A stretch of DNA of 64,000 nt, taken from assembly GCF_006345805.1 (NCBI RefSeq), contig NW_021833118.1, positions 19,155-83,154 on the forward strand, given 5' to 3'. A model generated the notes under the pieces. That model was given only the letters and a program-made list of their open reading frames with translations, searched no databases and was not told where the DNA came from. Both the position numbers and the translations under genes were made by a program. The DNA comes from Octopus sinensis (taxonomy: Eukaryota). Of the stretch, positions 25,753 to 39,551 are shown piece after piece (position 1 is the first letter of the stretch; every line of letters begins with the position of its first letter).

Positions 25753-27782
25753 TTGTGTGTGTATGTTGTATGTATGTATGTATATATATATGTGTGTGTG
25801 CGTATGTGTGCGTATGTGTGCGTATGTGTGTGTATGAATAAGTAAACTTGTACATATGAATATGCATGTATGTAGACGTACGTGTATGTGTATGTATATA
25901 TACAAAAATAGAGTGGTGTACGTACTTGTGCATATATATGTGTGTGTGTGTGTGTATGTGTTTGTGTGTGTGTGTGTCTATATGAATGTATGTATTATGC
26001 AACAAAATCGGTTATAGAACTAGATACTAATAGATTTAAATTTAAGGAATTTACAAACTTTCAGTTAGACTATTTATTTACGATTGAACTCGCTCTTAAA
26101 AGAGTTTTTTTTTTAAAGCGTTAGCAGTTAGAAAAATTTTCATTTGCTATTTTTCGTAAGGTTTTTAAGAAGATATATCTATCTGATGAAACCTCATTAT
26201 ATTTCAAACGATATTTCATTATTCTTGAAAAACTTGCTTTTATCAATGGTGTGGCATCAGCTAAGTTACTACATGAGTTATTTGTTTGTATCACAAAATA
26301 AAATTGAACTGAATTTATCATTTAAAGATTGAATTATTTTATTGTTGAATTTATTATTTTGGTTTCCATTTCTAATATATATTTCTGTATGTTTATTTTA
26401 TTTATTTATTTATTTACCTATTTGTTAAGAGCAATAGGTCATAACATTGTTATTTATATCGGCAAAAAGACAGTAAATTCTTTGAATATTTAATATCCCT
26501 TAGGTGGTCATTTAACACCTATATATATATATTCATATATACATACATACATACATACATAATATATATATATACACACACACACATACATGGTATATAT
26601 ATATAGTTTTTAGTATTATAAAACAGAAATGAAAATCAGATTATTAATATATCAGGAACTCGCAACGGGTATTACAAAAATTCATGTATAAAAATATATA
26701 TTTGTCATTGTTCAAATTGAGGAAAAGCTTTATCGTTTTCAACGCGATTTTCAGAACACATTAGTGTTCAAAATACATCTTTTTTCTTTTCTCCTTTCTC
26801 TTTTATGAACGCGTTTTAATATATTTGCATTTGGAGAAATTATGGAATCATTCTTCTTAACAGCACAATGCCAAACTGGTCTTGCATGCCATGTACATGC
26901 ATGACAAGCAACATAAGAATACTTGACTGATAACATATAAATCCAACACTAAAATTATCACTACGGGTGATAATATTTACATTACCATAGTATCCATCCT
27001 AATATGAATAATCGCCAATGTGTTGTGTACCAGCCTTAACTCAAGATGTAAATGAGACTATGAATGTAAGATATGGAAACTTTTATGGTGGATTTGGGGT
27101 ATTTACTTTTTTCATACGAGCAACATGTATTTTATACGAAAATATTAAAAATAATAGTCTCTCTACAAAAAATGAAACTAGAACACAGTCGTGTTTTCAA
27201 TACAATAATGTGTATTGTGTTTTGGTACAAACAACAAATGACGGTCTGCATAATAATACAAATATATATTTTTAAGATTTTCCCAAATTTACAGTGATCG
27301 CAGATTTCCCCTTTCGGTACTTGAGAATTAGTTACAATTTTTAAATAATGGAACTTTGTATGAAGTTGTTGTAATAAGATGAAAAATGCTGGGAGGAATG
27401 AAGTTGAAAGCAGAAAATACCGCTGTTCAATGGTGTGGGAAGGTAAGTTATTGAGCGCTTTCTTGTAGTTCAGCCACTAAGACTAATAATTAAATTTATG
27501 ATGGGATGCAGTTGTTTTAATCACCATAGAAACTTGTAGATTCAATATTAGTGACTACAATAATATAGTTATGCGCCTCTACAATGATTATCATTAAAAG
27601 GAAAAGTAATGCACTGAGAATTACAAGTTAGCAGCTTAAAAAGCATCATATTACTCTTCAATTTCTGTGGAAGTTAAGATGAATCATAAAATATTTACGA
27701 TAACCCGCCGTCGACGGGGCGAATAGAATACAAAGATTACAGAAAACAATCCATTTATAAAGCGTATATCTTTTTTATTTTA

Positions 27783-27825
<43 letters not shown>

Positions 27826-27842
27826 ATCTATCTATATATCTG

Positions 27843-27907
<65 letters not shown>

Positions 27908-28161
27908 TCATTATTTGTCTGTCTGTATGCCTGTCTGTCTCTTCTGTCTGCCTTCTCTGTCTGTCTCTTTTTGTCTCTCTCACCCTGTCTCTCCCTGTCT
28001 GTCTGTCTCTCCCTGTCTGTCTGTCTCTCCCTGTCTGTCTGTCTGTCTCTCCTTCTCCCTCTCATTCACTCACTCTCTTACCCAATTTAACGCTATTTCT
28101 AAAACATCTGTTATATGCTATCTATCTGACCTTTTAGTCTACGATTCATTTACTGATTTAA

Positions 28162-28198
<37 letters not shown>

Positions 28199-28207
28199 AT
28201 ATATATA

Positions 28208-28238
<31 letters not shown>

Positions 28239-28427
28239 ATATCTGTCTATCCATTTATTTGTCTGTCTGTATGCCTGTCTGTCTGTCTCTCTCTCTCTGT
28301 GTCTCTCTCTCTCCCTCTCTCTCATTCACTCACTCTCTCACCCAAATTAACGTTATTTCTAGAACATGTCATATGCTATATATCTGAGCTTTTAGTCTGC
28401 GATTCATTTTCTGATTTAAGTTCTCTG

Positions 28428-28464
<37 letters not shown>

Positions 28465-31144
28465 TTGAAATATCTTAATACACTATTAAAATCGTTATGA
28501 AGCTATTATTCATATTCAATTTTTAAACCCATTAAATATGTTTCTATGTCAATTAAAACAATTGAATCACCTCAGTATTTTCTAATTTTGTAATTATAAT
28601 CTTAGCTATCCAGGTAACAGGACATCACTAGTTTAATCTAACCTTCTCCTTGCTGGGTATCCTATTCATCCTCTCTCACATTTCTTTTACACGTCTTTTC
28701 GCCGTTTTACATCTAGATTCGTTCACACCTCAACTATGTATATATTTGTATTCAAAAAGCAATTAGCACATTCTGATGAAGCAAAAGGAAAAAAAGTATT
28801 GCCTATGTATTCTTTGTTCAGCCTAAATACTTCTTTTTCTACCTAGACTGTAGTTTAGTATGCCAGCGATTCGGTTTGGGGAGCATTGACATAACTTTTT
28901 TTTATTTTTACAGTTATCACTATCTTCCTGCTGTCTAAAACAATAAGACTGCAATAACAATGGCAATATACTATGGTTTACACCGCCATGTAGCCTTAAG
29001 GGGAAATCCATTATTGTCCTTACTTCCGAAAATAGTTTTTTACGCGGTATGTTTTAAACTGTTTAATCAGCGAAAAGTAAGGATTTGGAGAATGGTTTCA
29101 AATATTGGCACAACGCCTGCAATTTAAGGGGTAGGGCTAAATCTGTTACGTTTATACCAGTACTCAACCCGTACTTATTTTATCGACTCTGAAAGGATGA
29201 ATGGCACGGCAAAGTTAATCTCGGCGGAATTTGAATTTAGAACATAAAGGCAGACGAAAAGCCGCTTAGCATTTTGTCCGGCATACTAACGATTCTGGAA
29301 GGTTTTAAGATATCACGTGACTGATATGGGCTTCACCCTCGCAGCGAAATAAGTGTCCGAAACCATCAAGTGAAGCCATAAAACAAGAAACCAACTATGA
29401 ACAGAAATCAACAGTTCGAAGTAACAAGAGAGATAACTAAAACTGGAAAAATGGAGAGTTATGTCACGTAAGTAATTTAAATTTAGGCTGAACCGAATAT
29501 CTGATGTACGAACTTACATATCGGAACAGGCGGCAGATTTAAACCAAAACATGATCACTGTATTTTAAAATCCAGATAAGGCTGAATACCGAAGACTTTT
29601 AATAGCAACCAATAATATAAACAGCCTTCAAGAAATTTTTGGACATGAGATTATTAGTGACATTGCATATATTTGTTATCATAAAAGGTGTATTTGAATA
29701 TATCAATAGAGAAGTTGATACTAGAAATTTATTTCAACTGTTTTGTGAAATAAGAACACACACACACACACATATACATCTTATACAAACGCGCTTTTAT
29801 TAAAGCATTGTATTAGTTATAAGCTTGAGGATAATGGTTCGAATCATACTTCTACCCTTTCAGTATCACTCATTAACTCTTTTAGTATATACGCTTCACT
29901 TCTGCTGTCTACAACTATTAAATACCAATGCTCTGGACAAAACAGCGTTTATAATTGTTAGATTAACATAAAGAAACCCACAATTTACTTCAATGGTTAT
30001 ACGATCTCAACGAGTGGATATTTACGCGTCAACTCGAGTTGATAAAATTAGAAGTCAAAAATCTACCTCCGTTCTAAAGCAAAAACTGGACATGATAGAT
30101 AACGTAATCCTAGAAAAATTATTTACATACCAGACGGGATGGTCGTGGCTATTCAATAGGTTCGAACCTAGAGTTAAACAATAATAACGTCAATGAAGAC
30201 AGCTTTCACTAATTATGAATAAATACCATTATTGGATGGAAGTACTCCGTCGGTTACGACGATGAGGGTTCCGGTTGATCCGAATCAACGGAACAGCCTG
30301 CTCGTGAAATTAACGTGTAAGTGGCTGAGCACTCCACAGACACGTGCACCTTAACGTAGTTCTCGGGGATATTCAGCGTGACACAGAGAGTGACAAGGCC
30401 GGCCCCTTGAAATACAGGTACAACAGAAACAGGAAGTAAGAGTGAGAGAAAGTTGTGGTGAAAGAGTACAGCAGGGATCACCACCATCCCCTACCGGAGC
30501 CTCGTGGAGCTTTTTTAGGTGTTTTCGCTCAATAAACACTAAGAACGCCCGGTCTGGGAATCGAAACCGCGATCCTATAACCGCGAGTCCGCTGCCCTAA
30601 CCACTGGGCCATTGCGCCTCCACAAATACCATTATTACTACACTATCAGACACACACGCTCACACACACACACACATTAATAATAGTGTAGTAATAATGC
30701 AAAATTAATAATGCCGTCGTAATGGTGTTGTATCACTAATACACTATCTGTACTATATACCAGCAAGTACATCCATAACCCACGACACACATCAGTTACC
30801 AAACCCCACTCAACACACACAGACACACACACAAATACACACACACACACACACACATTAATAATAGTGTCGTAATAATGTAAAATTAATAATGCCGTCG
30901 TTATGGTGTTCTATCACACCATATACTGTTACTAATACACTATCTGTACTATATACCACCAAGTACATACATGACCCACGACACACATCAGTTACCAAAC
31001 GCCACTCGAACCTTACACTATGCACTTACAGACCCCACAAAATTACCTTAGCAAATCTTAGATTCGCCCCACCCCACTCTCCCCCACTTCTATCTATGAT
31101 CGTATTGATTTCAGGTGATTTTCAAAGTTAATTCTTTTGCTTCC

Positions 31145-31242
31145 TTATAACAAGGAACACCAGAACAACAACAACAAGACCAGGATACAGACGACAGCGA
31201 TTAGAACTCCAAGTGCCACTCGTACCATGTAGTCGCCTGCAG
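31145..31242 (-). CDS. Gene B terminal exon: hydrophobic C-terminus without cytoplasmic tail
   Basis: Acceptor TTTCTTTTCATTTACAG|. In phase with the 35389 donor it gives AAGDYMVRVALGVLIAVVCILVLLLLFWCSLL*. There are 26 nt versus 27 nt in gene A between ATCCTG and CTTGTTATA. Confidence 0.72.
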
Positions 31243-31933
31243 CTGTAAATGAAAAGAAATACAATATTGAGTTTATTAGGTAGATACACAAATAGCAAAT
31301 AATTTAAAAAAAAGACTAGCTGGCCCTGTGCCGTCAAAAATGACGCCTAATTGTAGTATTTTATATATAAATAAGGTACATAATAATCAGAGATACATAT
31401 ATTCACACACTTTCCTTGTTCACGCAGACGCTTACACAAATATATTCACACAGAGTTGAAACGGTGTTTGATTTTTCTTTTCAGCGTTGAATGTTTACCA
31501 TCGCACTTTCATTGCATTCACACACACACACACATACACAAACATACACACACACTTCCATGACTTCCTTTTATATACACACACACACATACTCACGCAA
31601 AGATGAAACGCTGTTTGATTTTTCTTCACCGTAGGACTTCTATCATCCCACTACCAAGTTTGCCCTCACCCCTTCTTTCCTTAATCATCTATCACCCCTT
31701 CCCTTCTTATTCATATGTTGCGGCGGAGAAATACACAAGAGTATTATTATAGTAGAAGATAAGATACACAACACTCTCTTTACCACTTCCTCTCTTACAT
31801 TGCTGTTATTTTTTCTCACTCCCTCTCAGTCATGGCTATTACTCTCCCTATTTCTCCTTCACTGAATTACTATTTTCTCTCCTCTCCCTTCACTTATATT
31901 ATTCTTTCTCCCACTCCCTTCTGAGGGATTTTG

Positions 31934-31972
<39 letters not shown>

Positions 31973-33624
31973 GATACACTTCGCTCATTATTATATAATG
32001 AAATATTTCATAAGTTTATTTATTTATTTCAATAATGCATTTTCTTGCGAGGAACGAATTCGAACTGCGCATTAAACACCCCAAAAGTAACCTACGAACT
32101 TCACCTGTTAGGAATAAGAACAAAGATATATTTTCTGAAATAGCAACCAAATCTCCTTGAATTACTCTGTGCCACGTTAAAAAAAATGGGTACATTAAAA
32201 AATAATGCGCTTGATTTACTGTATCTGAATATAAACATGTACAGTCATGGCTAGAACTTGCAAACCCCTCTATGGTCTAATTTTCATTTCATTTTATTTG
32301 TATTGCCTCAGAAAGCGAAACATTCCCAACCTAGTCCACATCTGAAATAGTTTGCCGATCCCTACTTTAGGTATATGTAGTAAAAAATAGTAGTAAATCT
32401 ACTTCTCGAGTCCTATAAACTCATAGGGACGATTTTCCGGTTTCTGTGGCGTATATATTCCCCGCTTTGACAGGACACCGGTCCGTCGCAGGATTACTCA
32501 TTTTTCCCAGCTGAGTGTGAAGTGGAGCAAAGTTAAACGAAGTGTTTTACTCAAGAAAACAACGCGTGACCTGGTCCAGGAATCGGTACTACAATCTTAC
32601 GATCATGAGGCCAACACCCTAACCACTAAACCACGCACCTCCACATGTGTGACCAGAAGATAAAAATATATAAAACTTCAATGGCAGTTGCATTTCAAGA
32701 AGTCATTTCCCTCTCACTTATGTAACAATATAATTAAATAATATATCTCTATTACGGAAGATCTAATAGCAAAAAATGCCACTAAGACTCTCTAAATATT
32801 TAGCACTCTATCCATAAGCCTATTGCTGTAAAAAATACATTTGTTTCTTCAGTTTCCACATCATCTGACAAAAAATAATTCATGCACACGCAGCTACTGG
32901 TACCATTTTAATTTCAATACGTGTTTGTTCTCAGTGTATCACTCCATAATTGTGATGACTTCCATTCCAATGATCACTAGTAAGAGTTTATTCGTTTATT
33001 ATTTGCAACGTTTGTAGTAGTTTTGCTTTCCAAGTTAAGGACGTCACTCATGAAACATAGCCGTACATCTGCGATATACATCAGTCAATATTGAATTGCG
33101 TTCCTACAACGAATAACTTCCTTGTTGCCAAACTAATACAACACATTACACTGAGAATCCTCCAGAAACAAAATTAATTCACTTAATCCAAAGAGAACAA
33201 CTAGTAACACATTAGTTTGTCATTGATTTTCGTTTTTCATTCACGTAATCTGCTAGGAAATCCACAATAGATTTACGTATACAGTTTGAATAATAACATA
33301 GTAATACGAAATATAGTTTTAGCAACAACGATGATCAACCACCACCACAATCACCACCACCAGCACTGCCACGATGGAAAACATTGCTCGAACATCAGGA
33401 TTCTTTTCTCTCCACACAATCATTTTCTAAATTGGTCAAGAGTAAAGGACTGCAACTCTTTACGAACAGGTATTCATCCTAATTTACGAAATGAACTTAC
33501 GTTGTTTCCTTTATTGTATGTGCGTCCGTGTCCTGATGGCAAAACTAAAGAAATACCTGGAAAAAGTAATCACCTTTAAAATTCCCGGAGAATCTCATCT
33601 TCGTTTGCAGTTGATAGCAGAAAA

Positions 33625-34603
33625 CAAAATTTAAAAACTGTTCCTCAAACTTTCCAGACCGGAAAGGCGGTACATCCTGATAATTAGATTCTAAGTCACC
33701 AAAAGTTAAACATGGTTTATCACTTCTATAGGGATCATAAAGAAAGGGACAGTTGAGTAAAGTGCAGTTCTTTTGTTGTATGCAGTCAGAAACTGTGGAG
33801 TTAGGTTCTTCGACCGGTGCACCCTTATATCGAAGAATTGCTTCAAATGTATTATTTTTGTCTATTTGCATTGTCTGTCCGCGGATCCAGTAATTTCTGA
33901 CAGAGTTATTTGCATGTATTGTGAAGTCAAATCTCTCACCGGGGTTGATGATAAAGTAATCAACAGGTGTTTTGTTTTTATGTCAAAACCATCAGAGGCA
34001 ATGACTACCATCTGGTGACCATCAATAGATACTTCAAATGGATACAGAGCCCCTGCAGCGATCACTCTAAAACGATATTCTTTACCTGTTTCTACTTCAA
34101 AGACAGTCAGTGGAGCCCCATTATGTTTCCCTGACTCATCATAATAACGGCCCCGACCATTCACAGTTCCGGAATTGAACTGAAAGAGACTAAAAAGCCC
34201 TCCTTCAAGAGAACTGGTAATACCAACCTTTTGGTTATTCACATAAAGTCCCATGCTAACTTTTAAAAAACTCATATCGGAATCCCAGTCATGATTGTAG
34301 TCTGAGATTACCATTACATGTTCTTCCATTTTACGTTTTGTCTTTTCGTGTAGTATCAAACCGCCAAATAGTCCCATCGTACGTTGTGTCCCAAGATGAG
34401 AATGGTACCAAAATGTTCCAGTTTGTGTAACATTAAATTCATATCTGAACGTCTGACCTAGTTGAATTGGACACTGTGTAACCCAAGGTACACCATCCAT
34501 ATGTGATGTTTCTCTTTGATGCAAGCCGTGCCAATGTATTGTTATAGATTCTGAAAATAATTGGTTTTCTACTTCAATGATGACTCTTTGTTCTTTATAA
34601 ACT
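33625..34603 (-). pseudogene. Internal laccase fragment (third paralog) inside gene B intron
   Basis: Spans VYKEQRVIIEVENQ..HWHG..WYHSH..KFEEQFLNF. It has a +2 frameshift near 33970, no signal peptide and no C-terminal copper motifs. Confidence 0.93.
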
Positions 34604-35388
34604 GGATCTCGAAGCACGTAAATGCTATAAATAACAAAATTTCGATATTGTGTTCAAAAATACATTTGGATACAAAAATTCGAAAGCTGTCTGTGGGATC
34701 CGAACCCACATCTCCATTTATGTCTTTCGAGGTCAAGTTCGCAAAAAAGAATTATTTCACGTTCTTTCGAAATTTTATCGAATTCTTACATGAAAAATAT
34801 ATATATTTCTTTACTGCCCACAAGGGGCTAAACACAGAGGGGACAAACAAGGACAGACAAAGGGATTAAGTCGACTACATCGACCCCAGTGCGTAACTGG
34901 TACTTAATTTATCGACCCCGAAAGGATGAAAGGCAAAGTCGACCTCGGCGGAATTTGAACTCGGAACGTAACGACAGACGAATTTCGCCCGGCGTGCTAA
35001 CGTTTCTATCAGCTCGCCGCCTTAACATGAACAATATATAAATTTATGTGTAGGTGTAAGTGTATGTGTGTCTGTATATGCGCCTTAGCATTTGTCTCCT
35101 ATCAGACAACCGGAGTTGGTTTGTTTATGTTCCTTTAACTCAGTGGTTCAACAAAGCCGACAGATAGAATTAGTACCAGGATTAAAAATGAGTGCTAGTA
35201 TTGATTTGTTTGACTAAATCCTTCAAAGCGGTGATTCAGCATGGCTGTATTCCAATGAATGAAACATGAAAAAGATAAAAGACAACGATATAAAAAAAAG
35301 ACAAAAAAAGAAAGAAAAGAAAGAAAGAAAGAAAAGAAACGAGATTGCTGAGAAACGATAAAATAAGTTATTGAAAACTATTCCTTAC

Positions 35389-37348
35389 CGTGTTCTGAAG
35401 TATTTTTATCACCAACACCTTTTGTTTCTTCATTATAAACTCCTTTCTCGAAACTTCGACATGCAGGGAAATTGACAGGGATTTTTGGTAAGTGGGCAAA
35501 AGATTCATTTAGAACCATTGCCATTCCGTCCTTACTGTGTAATTCAATATGGCAGTGCATGATCCATACTCCAGGATTATCGGCCACTATTCTCACTACA
35601 ACGTATCCACCTGTAGGGACCATAATTGTATCCTTTTGAGGGGGGGTTCGTAAATTCATTCCGGGGATGTTGTCTCCTTCCCAGTTGCTATTTGACCAAA
35701 CCGCATCATTACAATAGTTCATTTTCGGATCACCTCTGCAATCAATATCTACAGTATCATTTATTATTTCTCCCGTTGTTTCATTGTATTTTGGAAACCC
35801 CATTTTAACTACATAAAATGAATGTCCATGCATGTGTATAGGGTGGGAGAACCCTTTACCTTTTCCAAGATTTGTCATTACAACTTGAATTGTATCACGA
35901 TATTTCAGGTTTATAGAATAAGTACACCGACACACTTTATCAACACCGCAGTTGGCATTATCACACAGACTATCTATTTCTTTTGGTTGTGTTAAAGGGT
36001 TTACCGTGGGTTCCACGAACACACGACCATTTACTGATGCTGGTGTGTATCCTGGCTCGCCAGGAAAAGCAAAATTTAAAAAATATTCCTCAAACCTCCC
36101 AGACTTGTATGGAGGTACAACAACAGGGTAATCAAGTTCCAAGTCATTAAACTGTAAACACCGTTTATTACTTTTCTCGGGATAATAAAGAAAGGGGCAG
36201 TTGAGTAAAGTGCAGTCCTTTTGTTGAACGCAGTCAGAAACCGTGGAGTTGGGTTCTTCGTCCAGTGCACCCTTATAACGAAGAATTGCTTCAAATGTAT
36301 TATTTTTTTCAATTTCCATTGTTTTTCCACGAATCCAATAATTTCCGACAGAGTTATTTGCCTTCAATATAAAGTCAAATCTCTCACCCGGACTGAGGAT
36401 GAAATAATCAACAGCTGTTGGTTTTAGGTCAAAACCATCAGAGGCAACGACTACCATCTGGTGACCATCAACAGACACTTCAAACGGGTAAAGGTACCCT
36501 GCAGCGATCACTCTAAAACGATACTCTTTACCTTGTTCTACTTCAAAGACAGTCAGTGGAGCCCCATTATGTTTCCCTGTTTCATCATAATAACGGCCTC
36601 GACCATTCACAATACCAGAATGGAAATTAAAAAGACTAAAATGTGCCCCATCTAGAGATTTGGAACTGCCAATGTTTTTACGGTTCCAATAGAATCCGAA
36701 TTTCATTTTTAAGTAACTCACATCGGAGTCCCAGTTATGGTTGTAGTCTTTTATTAACATCACATGTTCTTCCATTTTACGTTTTGTCTTTTCGTGTATT
36801 ATAAAACCACCAAATAGTCCCATCGTACGTTGTGTCCCAAGATGAGAATGGTACCAATAAGTTCCAGTTTGTGTAACATTAAATTCATATCTGAACGACT
36901 GACCTGGTTGAACTGGACACTGTGAAACCCAAGGTACGCCATCCATATGAGGTGTTCCTTTTTGATGAATGCCGTGCCAATGTATTGTTGTAGATTCTGA
37001 AAATAATCGGTTTTCTACTTCAATGATGACTCTTTGTCCTTTATAAACTTCTATTGTTGGTCCAGGAACTGTGCCATTAACTGCAATCACCTTAACTGAC
37101 TCAGAGAAACCATCCATCGTAATGACTTTATCAGTTGGTATCGGTTGAGCATTTGTAAAATTAGTGACGTCATATTTGTAGAGTTTTCCATTATGGGGTA
37201 GTACCAAGATCTTATTGTATAGCATAGTTAATTTATAGGAAATTACCAGCTTAAACTCACACACGTCGTCTTCCATACGACAACCATGAGAATAAACTAA
37301 TGGTGATAAGAGCCCTAGGAGGAATACAATTATGTTGAAGTGAATCAT
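35389..37348 (-). CDS. Multicopper oxidase / laccase-like gene B, main coding exon
   Basis: ATG 37348 starts MIHFNIIVFLLGLLSPLVYS. Motifs HWHG, WYHSH, HPIHMHGHSF and HCHIELHSKDGM are intact. Same phase-1 donor G|GTAAGG at 35389. Confidence 0.96.
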
Positions 37349-37579
37349 AGTTGAACCAGTGTGTGCTGATATCTGAAATAACAAAATGAGAAACAATGAA
37401 ATCAAAGACGATGTGACAATTAAATCACGAAATATTTGTAAATTTTCAAGACAAAGGAATACAGACATATCAAAGAGAAGAAATGAAAATAAAACTCTGT
37501 GTGACAGGCAGACGACAGGGAGATCAAAATTGTTTTGTTAGTAGGACATTTCAGCTGGAACAAATTTTTATCAGAAATT

Positions 37580-37666
37580 GTTAGAAACTTAACAATTTCT
37601 GGTTACAGTCGTTTTTTCCTCTGTCCTTTATAGCTTACGAGATGATCTTTGTCAACAGTTGGTGAC
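37580..37666 (-). promoter_or_regulatory. Putative TATA-box core promoter of gene B
   Basis: GTCACCAACTGTTGACAAAGATCATCTCGTAAGCTATAAAGGACAGAG identical to the gene A upstream block. Confidence 0.5.
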
Positions 37667-38410
37667 ATAGTATCATAAGTTAGAAGTGGGGAATATTTTA
37701 AGCGTGTCTGTCAAACCAGAAGTGCTGCTTCAAGTACTTTATCGCCTAAACGTGATCAGTATGGTCCAGAGGATACTAGTTTGTACATAATAGTGTTCTT
37801 ATTCATTCGTTTTATAGTACTTGTCATGCTTACGTTACACAATATTCTATTGGTTGGCAATATACAAGTTAGTTAAAGATACATCGGAGTGGTTGTGTGG
37901 TGATTGTAGATAGAACTAAATTTGATGTTTCTCACAGATATTTACTAATTAGAAGACTAGTAAATACAGTAAATAACTTACTAAATGTAGAGTGTAATAG
38001 AGTTAAGAAATATCTTCCAACACATGAATCATTAATCAAAGCCAAGTGTTTCCTACAAAAGTCTTAATATGATGTAACCTCTATCCTGTTCCCGATTAAC
38101 AAGAAACAATAGCAGCTCAGTCTAAACTTAAAGTCATTGTACACATTAAATATTGCAGCTGATGTAATACTTGTTGTTAAAGACAATAAAGATGCGATAG
38201 GCATGCCTGTGATATCATTGATTATATCGGCAGAACCAAAAGTGAGAAAACATCCTATACTGATAATGTGAGCGGGGGGCTAGCATTAGATAACATTAGA
38301 TACATAAATTCCCTATCTTTTCTCAATAAAATCTGTGATTCTACACGCAAATGTACGTTTAAAAGTGTAGAAATGTGCGTATGCGTGAGAGTTTGTATTT
38401 GCAAGTGTAT

Positions 38411-38488
<78 letters not shown>

Positions 38489-38864
38489 ATGTATGTATGT
38501 ATGTATATATGTATGTATGTATATATGTATGTATGTATATATGTATGTATGTATATATGTATGTATGTATATATGTATTATTTATATAATAATATACTCT
38601 CCGTTTAGACCGATGAAACCTAAACAATTAACCGAAAAAAGAGGGACCGCCGAACCACTGCGATTTGAAAACGACATCAATGCTTACATGGCTCCGTACA
38701 CACCCAATTCAGTCACATAGCCCACTCATCAATTTCATCAATTTAATGTATAGATAATGTTAGCCTTTGTAAACAAACCCGAAGGCTGTAAATTACGGAG
38801 AAGAGAGACACACATGGGTCCTTTTTAATAATAACTGTAATTATATATCATTTATATAATAATA

Positions 38865-39259
38865 CTAGCAGTATCGCCCGGCTTTGCCGGGGTTTGTAAG
38901 GGAAATAACTATATAAGCATTTTTAGAGATGTAAAGTATAATAGCCATCTCAATATGGCTAATCACAAAGGGGGGTGTTACTGTAGCTTTTTACAATCTG
39001 AGATTTAATAATACATTTTTAAAGAGTTATTTCCCTTATATAATAGCAAAAAATGCATTAAAAATGGGAAAAAAGGATGGTAAATTGTTTTTAAAAATCG
39101 TACACTCATCGTAGACGCGCGCTAATACCCAGAAGGGCTCGATATGAATCACGACTATAAGATACCCGCTTTTAGTTACACTGCATCACAAAATGTGGGA
39201 GTAGTTAGGAATCTAAATCGTAGGAGAGAGACACACAACTTCACTTTTATATATAAAGA
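38865..39259 (-). mobile_element. Non-autonomous Helitron (second subfamily)
   Basis: Minus strand GGAGCATA|TCTTT...hairpin..CTAG|TATTATT. The empty site GGAGCATA|TATTATT is in the left arm (~3472). No target-site duplication. Confidence 0.9.
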
Positions 39260-39517
39260 TATGCTCCATTTAGAGATATTAAACCTAAACAAGCGACCGA
39301 AAAAAGGGCAATGTGGGCTTTGTGGCTGAATTGGGTGCGTCCGGAACCGTGTAAGCATTGATGTGTTCAATTCGCAGTGGTTCGGCCCATCTTTTTTTTG
39401 GTCAATTGCTTAGGTATAGTCGCACTAAATGGACCATATATGAATAATATATAATTACAGTTACTATTTAAAAAGACCTATGTGTGTCGCTGTTCTCCGT
39501 AACATCGGGTTTGTTCA

Positions 39518-39551
<34 letters not shown>

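Noticed and set aside
34685-34715. B-box-like GTGGGATCCGAACCCAC (similar at ~55540)
   Set aside because: No complete cloverleaf or A-box recognisable.
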